From: Azolla caroliniana
Taxonomy: Eukaryota; Plantae; Polypodiophyta
DNA: 64,000 nt
Direction: 5' to 3'
NCBI GenBank assembly: GCA_043228905.1
Contig: JBHGNT010000017.1
Location: 8,928,001 to 8,992,000 of the forward strand
Within the stretch, counting starts at the first letter, position 1; each line of letters starts with the position of its first letter. Below are positions 10,498-21,800 of this stretch, one piece after another. Made by a program: the position numbers and the translations under genes. The notes beneath the pieces are model-generated. The model saw nothing but the letters and a program-made list of their open reading frames with translations. It did no database searches and was not told the DNA's origin.

Positions 10498-13400
10498 TTG
10501 GACGGAGAATGCAGCACCCATTCGAATTACCGTAGCAGCCACGATACCCCAGACAGACCGGAGGACGAGCAGTCGGATACCTTGCCGACACCAGAACCAG
10601 AGTTAATAGAACTGGAAGCCCCAGACCGGCAAGTGGTGGATCAACTTCCGACACCGCCACGTGAGACACCGAAAGAAGAGGAGGAAAGACCTCTGACACC
10701 GAAAGAAGAGGACGGGAGACCTCCGACACCAGACGACGACATGTCGTTCCAATATCCCAAGTACCGGGATAATCCGGACGCAGAAGCTCATGTCTATTCA
10801 TTTCTACAAACATGGGAAGCAAACCTTGTGTCGCAACGCTTGACCGCCGCCGAAGCAGAACGCTCGAAGATTGTAGAATTTGGCATGGCCTTGGAAGGAC
10901 CAGCCGCGCGATGGCGTTTGACGCACACTCCCGGCGGCACCATCATGACGTTTGAGGACTTAAAAACCAGATTTTTACAATTCTTCAACAAGGAGGTGGA
11001 TCAATGGGAGATCATCAGCCTATTCTACGCCATACGGCAGGAACCTACAGAAACCATTCAACAATTCCTAATCCGGTTCCAGCGAATGCACAGCCAGCTA
11101 AATCGGGCACCACCGGAAGCAAAGGCAAAAGCAATATTCCTAGTAGCACTCCGGGAACCCCTGCGTACGGTGTGCGTAGTGATTGATTTCCGCACTAGCA
11201 AGATCGACCAAGTCATAGACAGGGTCAGGGAGATGGAGAAAACAAGCTCGTGGCTAGCAATGGGGGCACTCCAGTGTACATTAGCGACAGAAGACGACCT
11301 ACGTTTTCGGCAAGCTATACAATGTATGACTTACCTCAATGTCGGGCACTCAGCAATAGAATGTACCATGCGGACACAGTGCATGTTATGCCATTCCAAG
11401 ATGCACACAATGGACTGATGCGAATATAACTTGTTGAACTGGCAAGCGGCACCGGTAAGGCAAATCGAACCCTCGAGGAACCGGGAGGAGGAAGAAGAAC
11501 GTTGGCTGCGAGATGAGCGTTACCGGCCGGCGCAAGATATCCGAAACAGTGACAGAAAGGACGGTCACGACCGAGACCGGTAGGATAGCTACCGGGATTA
11601 CAACGGTGAACGATATGAGTGATACAACCGGGATCACTCTCCCGGTTACAACCAACGGAGGGAGGATCAGTGCAATTATGAAAATCGGCCCCGACAAGGT
11701 TACCGGAACAAAAAACGCTTCAATAAAAAATGGAACGCTATAAAGGAGGACCGCCAGTGGCAACCGGACAAGGGCATGCTAAGTACCCAACCGACCACCA
11801 ATAGGACCTCAATCGAGTACCGGAGCGAATGCCGAATCCAGCAACACCCGGAAAGCGTACTACTACTATTGCCAACAAGAAGGACATTACTGTAATCAAT
11901 GTCCGATTAAAAGCTACGAGAAAAGACTAGCTGCTGTAAATATGGTGGTAGCAAAAGTCGCCGACATACAACAAGTTACCACTAGGGCAAAAGGCAAAAC
12001 AACAGAGTGGGAAACATAGGAGGCAATCCGAAAGCAAGCCACCGAGTGGGTGAAGAAGGCAAATGAGCGGAATGTGGATGAGGTTGAACAACAAAAGGAA
12101 AAACCAGAAGAGGCCACCGAAACGATTCAGCCGGAAGACCCAACATGGAAAGCGTTACAAGAATGTCAAATTATGTTGCCATTTGGTCGGTTTTTACAGC
12201 TAGTTCCCTGGTTTACGGAAGGACTAAAATCAGGAATGACCACATCAAATCCGTTGCCGGCTCCTGTGTTCTTCTCAAATCCGGAAGAAGGGCCAGCAGT
12301 GGTGGACATGAACAGTCCGACAATCACCGCCATCGTCAAAGGACGAGAACTACTAGGGACGATTGTGGACGGAGGATCAGGCGTGAACGTGATCAGTCTA
12401 CGGACTTGTAATACCCTAGGAATCCCGGAATGGGAGCCTTGCCCGTTTTGGCTCCGAATGGCGGATACAAGCTCGGTAAGACCTATCGGCTTGATATGGG
12501 ATTTAGACGTAACTATCGGAGGCCACGCAATCCGACTTTTGACAGTGGGCCTACAGCTCAATGCGCAAGGGGCGTACCCACTGTTGTTGGGCCATCCATG
12601 GCTAAAAACGGCGCATATCAAACAAAACTGGCGGAAAAACATGATTACCTTCCGGCGAGGAAAGACTAAAGTAAGGGTACCTACCCACCCTCGAGCAAGT
12701 AACGGCAAGGAGCTAGCACCACTATATGCGGAAGGTGTAAACATGCTCGAGGGACTTGCGGACGAAGAGGTCGACCAATACTTACAAGAAAACCCAAATA
12801 TTGTACCCCTATTTGAAATCGATGTGGCAGAAGCGATGTCACCATATATAACGCAATCGGATGATGCCGTCGAGGAACCGGAGCGAGAAACTATCAGAGA
12901 ATTACGGCAAGCACAGGAAGCTCTGGAGAGGGAGGTGGCGGTATCCCAATGCGTGAAAGCATCCCAGTTAGAGGAAGTGAACTTAGGAACCGGGGACAAC
13001 GCAAGACCGGTTCATATTGCTAAGGAAATGTCACCGGACAACAGGATGGCGATGATCACTTTATTAAAGGAATTCCGGCACGTATTCGCCCGGTCCTATG
13101 AAGACATGCGGGGGCTGGATCCTCAGTTGTACCAACACTAGATACACCTCAGTAAGGATGCCAAACCGGTAGCACAATGGCATTACCGGATGAACCCTAA
13201 CATTGCGGCAAAGGTCAAAGAGGAAATTGACAAGTTGCTACGTCTCAGTTTTATCCGACCAGTGAAAAAAGCTACATGGTTAAGTCCCATAGTCGTCGTG
13301 CACCCCGACGACCAAGACAAGACTGCATTCATCACCAAATGGGGAGTCTTTGTCACAGTAGTAATGATGTTCAGGCTCAAGACCGTGTTGGCGACCTTCC

Positions 13401-14227
13401 AACGAATAATCATGAAAATATTTGGCGAGTTCATTCCGGCATTCATGCAGGTATTCCTGGATGACTTCGTTGTGTATAGCCGAGAAGGAGAACATCTCCA
13501 ACACCTCCGGCTATGTCTTGATAAATGTAGGAGTTATCTATTAAGCCTGAATCCAGCAAAGTGTGTGTTCGGAGTAACAAGTAGTGCATTGTTGGGTCAT
13601 CTTGTTAGCAAGGACATGATCGCGGTAGACCCCGATAAGGTCAAAGAAATCTTAGAAGCACCGGCACCATCCACGGTCAAAGCTTTGAGTCGCTTTGTAG
13701 GGCAAATCCGGTGGCATAGCCGGATGCTCCGGTATTTGGTCGATCTTGCTACACCGTTGCATGTCGTTGTTCGTTGGACACCGTTCCAATGGACAAATAC
13801 GGAGGATGAGGCTTAACGAACACTGAAAGTACTGCTATCACAAGCACCGGTGGTGCAACCACCGAACTGGTCAAAAGAATTCCAAGTGTTCGTTGATGCA
13901 TCCGACATAGCAATCGGCAGCACACTATAGCACACTAATGCAACTGACTGAACGGAAATGGTACCGACCAGTCTATTATGCTAGCCAGAAGTTATCCCAA
14001 GTGGAACGAAATTATTCAACAACGGAAAGAGAAGCCTTAGGGATGATTTACAGTGTTACCAAGTTCCGGCACTATTTACTGGGAAGGAAATTTTCATTCC
14101 ATGTCGACCACTCAGTGCTATTATATTTGGTCTCAAAGGCATCAATCACCGGCAAGCTGGCCCGATGCACATTGTTGGTACAAGAGTTTGAGTTTGAAAT
14201 ATATCACCGGCCGGGAATACCACACGC
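10498..14227 (+). pseudogene. G3 gag-protease-RT-RNase H (stops, internal RT deletion)
   Basis: Gag with CCHC knuckles (10498..11418 onward), protease TIVDGGSGVN (12050..13141), RT FLDD (13190..13816), RNase H VYYAS...TEREALG (13938..14227). Confidence 0.9.
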
Positions 14228-14929
14228 TGTCGTAGTGTATTTCGTACACTACGTGAAAAAGTAAAAATAATATAACCGATTTAATTACATATAAATAAAT
14301 AAAATAAGAATATCAAGATATTTATCACCAATAAATAAAATAAGAATATCAAGATATTTATCACGTGCATAGGGCAAGATTTGAACCTTGTACCTCCACG
14401 TAGCCAAACCTCAACTTTACCATTATGCTACCTTATCTTTAGTGTTCTATAAATAGATTTAATAACTATAATTGCTTTATTTACGCCTACCTTTATTAAA
14501 AGGTAAATCATGCATTTTTAGAGTGCGTGAATAGAAAAACGCAAGCAACTAAAAAGTGACTCATGCACATCTAGCGTGCATGAGCACTATATTTAGCAAA
14601 TAAAAGCAAGGATTAGAAAAGCATCACATGCATATTTAGTGTGCATGAACATATTAGAAAAAAAGCATGTAGCTATGCTTAGTCTCTCCCATCACTACAT
14701 AAGGATGGGGAGCACAATGTAATAGGGTGTGAAATATTTGGGAAATTGGATATATTTCCTAAAAACACCAATTAATATAATTGTGGGATTCACAAGTTTC
14801 TATATCTCTTTCTTATAATCTATTCATATTCATAACTAGATTAGCCTCAAATTCTTCCTCCTCCTAGTCCAAAACCCCGGTGGTTCCCACCCGACTCACG
14901 CAAACGATCCGGAGCCGAAAGGCACGACA
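14228..14929 (+). repeat. 5' LTR of G4
   Basis: No difference found against 16978-17679 in a line-by-line comparison. Confidence 0.97.
14367..14437 (-). other. tRNA-like Pol III A/B-box cassette in the LTR (identical copy 17117-17187; degenerate copy 6992-7062)
   Basis: Minus strand TAGCATAATGGTAA...AGGTACAAGGTTCAAATC, with canonical tRNA A-box to B-box spacing. The cloverleaf is imperfect. Confidence 0.65.
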
Positions 14930-14933
14930 CAGT

Positions 14934-14950
14934 TGGTGAACCCGACGTGA
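14934..14950 (+). promoter_or_regulatory. Primer binding site, tRNA-Trp type
   Basis: TGGTGAACCCGACGTGA, 4 nt after the LTR. Confidence 0.88.
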
Positions 14951-14967
14951 AGGCGGGTGGCAAGGAG

Positions 14968-17025
14968 ATGGAGAATCAACAAGAGGCGATGAACATGATG
15001 ATGATGATGTTCGAACGGATGCTACAAGAACAACGAGCGATGTCGGAGATCACGGCGGTAGTAAAGCGGCTCGTACAACGAAACGGGGAATTCAACGGTA
15101 AGGGTGTGTCACGCTACCTACGTGAATATAAGGCGGAGATGATGCAATATCGGATACCGGAAGGATTGCAAGTGATATCCTTTAACCGGGTGGCCTCGGA
15201 CGAACTACAAGAGAGAATCCACAAGATACAACAACAAAACTCGACATGGGGATCATTCGAAGAAGCTTTACGAGAGGCATATGATTACAAGAGATCGAAG
15301 GGAAAAGATCGGCGAGAATTCGACGAATGGGTGGCATCGAAGAAGACCCACCGAAGTGCAACACAAGCATTCCTAGAGTTCGAGAATCGTTTTGCTCGAC
15401 TCTCGGAGCGAGAACAACGATTGGTGGGAGAGGATAAAGTCCTAATGTTCGTAAAATCGATCGATCGAAAAGAAAGGATGGACATCGGGATCGAACTCGA
15501 AGATGATGACGGTGCGAACGGTCTTACTGAGGATTGGGCCAAAGTCGAAAGGGTATGCCGGAGACATGATGAGAGGAAGATGAGAATCTTGTCAACGACA
15601 TGGCCGATGAAGGATGGTCGATTGAAGACAAACGATGGAGCCGATATGAAGGCCGAAATACAACATGATGGTCCGACGGAAGAGGGTGTAAAACAAGCTA
15701 TCCTCTTGTCTTGCGAAAGAACAACGACGAAGGATAAGGCCGATAACCCAAGTGTAGAAGAAGATTTCAGAATACAAGTGTCTGAAACATCGGGTGAAAA
15801 AGGGGTAAGCATAATTGATGCAGTGAAAGAGAGCAAAGAGGACTTGATTGAGGAGGTCGCCACAAAAGATGACATCGAATCGAAGGTGGCTATGGACGAA
15901 TCAACGACGGATGGCCATATCGAGACTTCCCCACCACTGATTCTAGAGACTCTGGCGGTTGCGTTCGAAAGGCAACGTGAGACCGAAGAGACGGAAGGTG
16001 GCGGAGAGAAAACAAAGGTCGAAGTCGATGCATACGACGGAGAGATAGCCGAGAATATGGCTATGGGTGAAACAATGGAGGATGATAATACCGAGGATTC
16101 CTACCCACTAATTCTAGAGACTTCGGCGGTTGTGTCTGAGAAGCAACGTGAGACCGGAGAGACGGGAGGTGGCGGCAAGAAAGGTAAAGTCGGAAGCCAG
16201 TTAGGATGGAAGGTGATCCGGATGGGATTCCGATCCGAAAGAAAGCCTAACCGGGTAAAAGAGGATTCGACCGAAAGTCGACCCGAAAGAAAGCCGAACC
16301 GAAAGGAAGAGAATTCGGCCGAAAGACGACACAAACGAAAGCTGAATCGAGCGAATGAGGATTCGGCCGAAAGACGACCCGAAAGAAAGCCGACCCGAAA
16401 AGGGGTCGACTTGGTCAAAACCGATCGACTGAGTCTGACTTGGCCGAACGCGAATATGGATGGAAGCCGACCTAGCCGAAAGCCAATCGGACGAGACCGA
16501 TCCGGAAAGAAGCTAATCCGACTCAACCGGAGGTTGGACCGGTCGAGGCTGGTGAAAACGAGGAAAAGAAAGCCAACCAAAACCGAAATCGATAGATCGA
16601 AACCAGGCCGGAAGGAGACCGACTCAATCGAAACCGAACAACCGATTCCGATTCGACCAAATATGAATCCGATCGGACGCCGATCAAACCAAAAGTCGAT
16701 CGGACGAGAGCGATCCGGAAAAAAGTCAAGGTTGATGAAGACAAGAAAGAGGCCAGTAAAAGACACTACCACGAATGACAAGGGCCAAGAATATGACGAG
16801 AGAGAACAAAGAATATGGTGGATCGGATGGCGACAATGGTTCGGGTGGAAAGAATGGGTCTACTCAAAATGGAGAGACAAAGTTGACATAGCGGGACAAA
16901 CGGAGGATGAAGGGGAGACAACGAGCATCGGCAACTTCGGCACATACCGGAGGATGTGCGGGTTCGGAGGGGGCGAGTGTCGTAGTGTATTTCGTACACT
17001 ACGTGAAAAAGTAAAAATAATATAA
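14968..17025 (+). CDS. gag: Gag-like protein (685 aa from ATG 14968) with acidic, Arg/Lys-repeat and Trp-rich extensions
   Basis: Uninterrupted ORF. The first ~210 aa align with G1 Gag (FNGKGVSRYLREYKAEM vs FSGKDATKYLASYGAEM; GLTEDWAKVERVC vs GLTTDWTAVKRVC). The stop lies inside the 3' LTR. Confidence 0.88.
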   Translation: MENQQEAMNMMMMMFERMLQEQRAMSEITAVVKRLVQRNGEFNGKGVSRYLREYKAEMMQYRIPEGLQVISFNRVASDELQERIHKIQQQNSTWGSFEEALREAYDYKRSKGKDRREFDEWVASKKTHRSATQAFLEFENRFARLSEREQRLVGEDKVLMFVKSIDRKERMDIGIELEDDDGANGLTEDWAKVERVCRRHDERKMRILSTTWPMKDGRLKTNDGADMKAEIQHDGPTEEGVKQAILLSCERTTTKDKADNPSVEEDFRIQVSETSGEKGVSIIDAVKESKEDLIEEVATKDDIESKVAMDESTTDGHIETSPPLILETLAVAFERQRETEETEGGGEKTKVEVDAYDGEIAENMAMGETMEDDNTEDSYPLILETSAVVSEKQRETGETGGGGKKGKVGSQLGWKVIRMGFRSERKPNRVKEDSTESRPERKPNRKEENSAERRHKRKLNRANEDSAERRPERKPTRKGVDLVKTDRLSLTWPNANMDGSRPSRKPIGRDRSGKKLIRLNRRLDRSRLVKTRKRKPTKTEIDRSKPGRKETDSIETEQPIPIRPNMNPIGRRSNQKSIGRERSGKKSRLMKTRKRPVKDTTTNDKGQEYDEREQRIWWIGWRQWFGWKEWVYSKWRDKVDIAGQTEDEGETTSIGNFGTYRRMCGFGGGECRSVFRTLREKVKII

Positions 17026-17679
17026 CCGATTTAATTACATATAAATAAATAAAATAAGAATATCAAGATATTTATCACCAATAAATAAAATAAGAATATC
17101 AAGATATTTATCACGTGCATAGGGCAAGATTTGAACCTTGTACCTCCACGTAGCCAAACCTCAACTTTACCATTATGCTACCTTATCTTTAGTGTTCTAT
17201 AAATAGATTTAATAACTATAATTGCTTTATTTACGCCTACCTTTATTAAAAGGTAAATCATGCATTTTTAGAGTGCGTGAATAGAAAAACGCAAGCAACT
17301 AAAAAGTGACTCATGCACATCTAGCGTGCATGAGCACTATATTTAGCAAATAAAAGCAAGGATTAGAAAAGCATCACATGCATATTTAGTGTGCATGAAC
17401 ATATTAGAAAAAAAGCATGTAGCTATGCTTAGTCTCTCCCATCACTACATAAGGATGGGGAGCACAATGTAATAGGGTGTGAAATATTTGGGAAATTGGA
17501 TATATTTCCTAAAAACACCAATTAATATAATTGTGGGATTCACAAGTTTCTATATCTCTTTCTTATAATCTATTCATATTCATAACTAGATTAGCCTCAA
17601 ATTCTTCCTCCTCCTAGTCCAAAACCCCGGTGGTTCCCACCCGACTCACGCAAACGATCCGGAGCCGAAAGGCACGACA
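16978..17679 (+). repeat. 3' LTR of G4
   Basis: Preceded by the PPT GGAGGGGGCGAG. Confidence 0.97.
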
Positions 17680-17683
17680 ACGC

Positions 17684-18380
17684 GGTTGCCGATTATCTAA
17701 GCCGGTTAGACTCTGGTGAGACCGGAGACGAAGTCCCGGATGAGTTTCCGGATGTTGAGTTGTTTAAAGTAACAGCCGAAACGGCCGCCGATAGCATGGT
17801 AGTCGACGAAGACAAGTGGCTAAACAACATGCATCAATTCCTAAGCACGAGACTTCCACCGAAGGAGATGAACCGGGATGAGCGGAAGCGGTTAGCGATA
17901 CAAAGCCAACATTTTTGTCTACTACAGGACACCCTGTACCACAAAGGCGCGGATGGTATATGGCGGTGAGTAGTGCGAAGCGACGAAAAGGACACAATAT
18001 TACGAGAAGCGCATTGTGGCATTGGCAGAGGGCACTATGCCGGGGACGCTACGGCAAGAAAGATATGGCACAATGGGCTATGCTGGCAGACGACACCGAA
18101 GGACTCGGTTCGGTATGTGAAAGTCTATGATTTATGTCAACGGATGGACCAACCAACAGAACAGGCAAGGATGCCTCACTAGCCGATGCTACCCTTAGAA
18201 CCATTTCAGAAATGGGGGTTGGATTTCATTGGGCCGTTTAAACCTCCCGCAGTGAAAACCGGCAACAGATATGTTATAGTCGCCACCGATTATTGCACCA
18301 AGTGGGTAGAAGCCAAGGCTTTGCGGGACAACACTGCGGCATCAACGACAAAGTTCTTATATGAGTACATCTGGTGCCGA
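17684..18380 (+). pseudogene. G3 integrase N-terminal part (HHCC and first D of DDE), truncated
   Basis: AHCGIGRGHY...[27 protein letters not shown]. Confidence 0.9.
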
Positions 18381-18600
18381 TGTCGTGAAAATCCATCATT
18401 ATGTGCAGATCGTGAGACGGAACCGTCGGGGTTCTGGACTAGAAGGATTTAGTGCAACACGTACAACACAAGCAAGTTTTAAGCATAAGACAAGTGGGAG
18501 AGACAAATCATTAGTTTATTGCAAAGAAAATCGATTCTTATTTCATAATCGTGTTACAATGGGTTGGGTATGGAAATGAGAGATTAATTTTTCAAAGAAA
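18381..18600 (-). repeat. Truncated LTR end of a G2/G4-related element; the rest of the G3 integrase is deleted here
   Basis: TGTCGTG...GGAACCGTCGGGGTTCTGGACTAGAAGGA resembles the reverse complement of the G4 LTR end (TGTCGTG...GGAACCACCGGGGTTTTGGACTAGGAGGA). The right boundary is uncertain. Confidence 0.6.
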
Positions 18601-18859
18601 GGAGCCAACAACCATGCAAGGAGTGGTCCGATATGAATACCAGAGGTGCTTCCGGTTAACTAAAACTCAATCTAAAAAAAGAAAAAAAAGGAAAAAGAAA
18701 AAGAAAAGTCATCATGTAGAGGCGAGGAGCGAACGGGCACTTTGAAAAGGTGTGGTGGGTGGCTAATTAAAGCCCTTTAAGAAAGGTGCACCACGTGTCA
18801 AGCTACTACTATATTAGTACAGGATGTGCATGTGCGGGAATCAAGAAAAGGTGCCACGC

Positions 18860-21800
18860 ATGGAGAAAGAAAACCTTCGCCGCGCAGAGTTCCTTTCATT
18901 TTGCGAACATAGAGATCTCAGTGCACACAGGTGATTACGAGTGATCAGGCGAGAGGATGCATGGAATGACGACATGGAATGCATGGTACTCTTAGAAGCG
19001 GCTAAGACATGGTTGAAGCAACATGGTCTAAAGGGATTCTTGAGGATAGTCAAAGCACCGCCACACGGAGATGCAGAAAATGTTGTCAAGGACATCGACA
19101 CGGAGGTCATCACCGAGGAAGCCATCCTAGCCCTGACCAGCTTACCGGAAGGGGGAATATACTCGATTGACAACCCTTCACAGGAGCTGTTGACAAGGTA
19201 TTTCAGTGAATACTCCCTGGGCAGCAAGCGTACCACATGCAAGGCGGTGAAGACCTATTGTTTCGGGAAATTGGTCGAGTACTCCACGAGTATGGTCATG
19301 TATACCCCCGATCATCGGCGATGCCCAAGAATAGAGCCAGTTTGATTATAGCTACCTACGAGGGAGTACAGGTGGATTGGCCAGTAATGATCGCCGACGG
19401 CCTGAATGTTGCCATCATCTCAATAAAAGATGGAAAAAAGATATGGACAGTGGTGGCGCAATGGCTCACTTTGTTAGCACCGGCCGTGGAGCCCATGAAA
19501 CAAAGAAAGAGGGGAAGACCGACAGAATCGACCCCCAAAACAGCTTGAAAACAATAGCAACTCCTCGCTACCCAAGCGAAGGAACGGCCTAATCGGAAGC
19601 GGTTGACAGAGGAGGCATCAGTGGACACCTTGGGGAGACCGTTGAAAGTCAAGTTGCGCCCGTCGGAACAACAAGCAGAACAACAACCGGAGAAAACACA
19701 GGGGCAGGACCCCTTGGTAGCGTTAATCAACAGCAAGACCCTAAAGGAAGAACAACAAGAAGACGAGCTGACGGAGACGCTGTTACGTCGTCGCTAGACA
19801 AGTGAAAAGGGCCACGAAGGGGGGACATCAAGGCCAATGGAGGATATTATACAGGAAGCCCTCCCTGAGGAGCCATAGCCTAGGAAGGCGGCAGAACTGA
19901 CTCAACAAGAATCGGGGACGGAGCAAGTGCTACGGTAGGACATCGCGGAACCTGCGGTCCAGGACACGACAATACCGGTGGATCAAGAACCGGTCATTGA
20001 ATTGCCAGCATCGCCGCCGCCGCAGCAACAGCCAGAATCGGAGCGGCCGCTTGACATAATCGTCAATAGTAGGCTCGTGACCAGTGAAAATGCCATCCCA
20101 CGACCAAAACCGGCACGACAACTAGGCACCGGCAGTCAATGGCTCTGATGGGTAGCAGAACAAGTGACTGGGGTCGTCTACCAGTTAGAAGCGAAAGAGA
20201 TAGCGCAGGAAGCCCGGTTGCTAGCCACAACCAAGGAATTAGAGAAGGCCAGGTCAAGAATCTGGAGCATGGAGGAAGACATAGAGAGGGCCAGAACAGA
20301 AATGGCCAAGTTGGTCATAGTAGGACCACGACAATCGGAACTGGTGGCCCCAGTAACTCTATAGAACGATCAAACCCCAGTGATGGCGGTAGGCCCGAAT
20401 ACTCATAAATCGTCAACACAGGACCTTGCCACATTAAGGGAAGACCTGACAACACAAGAAGCCTTACGAGCCAGGGAACGAGAATTGAAAAAAGCGGCGG
20501 AGGAGAAGGGCCAACAGCCTCTGCTGAACAGAGGAAAGCTTGAGAAGAGGTCATCAAGCGTATGACTAGATGAAAGAAGAGAAAGACAAACTCCTACAAG
20601 AAAAAGAGAAACTCCGGAGGACGGCGGAAATGGAGATTGAGCGCCTCAAAGAAGAGCTCCGGCAACAAGAAGACCATGAGGACTGCGCTCGCCGGCTTAT
20701 CAGTCAAAAGCTCAAATAGAAAACCGACGACTTCAACTGAATGCATCAGGATTATAAGCATTTGGACGCCGATCATAAGAAATTGACTACCGAAAGTGAC
20801 CGGTAGCAAGAAAAGTGTAGGGAACTCCGAGAGGAAATTAACCGGTTGACGGCGGCATTGATGGAAGAGCAGTCGAAGGGAGCCGAAGTAACGAAACAAC
20901 TGGTGGCAACAGCGAAAGAGTGATTGGACCTGCAAGTGCAACACCATGCGGAAACGGAGCGCGCTACAATGACTTTGAACAGAGTTTAGACGACATATCA
21001 GACCCAACTCATGCACTACAGAAGCCAAGAAGTGGCAACCCCAAGCCTAATCAAACAATTAAAGGACAAAAAACAGGCCGCGGAAAACAGGTCGAAGATG
21101 GGGCTGGGACGGATCCGAGACATCGTACTGGCATGGAGAAATTGAACAAAGAAATTGGTGGATGAAAGCTCAGTATTGTGGTGGTCGAAGTGGGCTAAGC
21201 AAGCAGTAGAGCTATAGTTGTTGCGGGCAGATGCGGAAAACCGGCGGAAAGAGAGCGACGAAGTTTACATCCTAGATAAAGAAAGCGTTGAAGCAATACA
21301 AGATGAGCTGTCAGATGATTTCATATCCTTGGCTGATGAGCAGAGGGTGGCGGTACGCTAGTTGGTGGCACAACTGGATGATGACCAATTGGACAACCAA
21401 CTCCGTTTCGAAAAGTACCAACGGGAACGGCGACGGCAAGAATTGGCCAAGAAAACTGCGGCGATTAGCATCAGTGACAAGGAGCCATCTTCAAAACAAA
21501 CGCCGGTTAAAGCCTAGGGAAGCCAACCAGATAGAACTCAAGAGGAGCCCGGAAGGCCATCCACAGGAACCGGTGCATGCCGGATAGCAGAACCAGGAGA
21601 TCCCAAGACCGGTAAAGCCAGAAAAGGAAAAAGAGCCGGTAAGACTAGTCGAGCTGGAAATGGAGACAAAGTGGGTCAGACCGACGGAGCCGTAGGCAAT
21701 GGACATCAACTAGTAGTAGCCACAACCGCAGGAACAGCAGGAGGAGGAACAATAGCAGCAGTAGACGATAGAACAGCTTCCCGAGGAACCATTGGAACCC
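18860..21800 (+). pseudogene. Decayed extra ORF(s) in the G3 3' region (globular N-terminal part, then charged coiled-coil-like sequence)
   Basis: Successive sense fragments 18941..19345, 19237..19548, 19603..19797, 20164..20364 and 20380..20565, rich in E/Q/K/R and broken by TAG/TGA. Confidence 0.65.

Larger units (their letters stand above)
14228..17679 (+). mobile_element. Non-autonomous gag-only LTR element G4 (TR-GAG-like), intact and very recent
   Basis: Identical 702-bp LTRs, 4-bp TSD ACGC (14224-14227 / 17680-17683), tRNA-Trp PBS, PPT, single ORF and no pol. The host frame PGIPHA|VADYLSR is restored when the element is removed. Confidence 0.96.
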
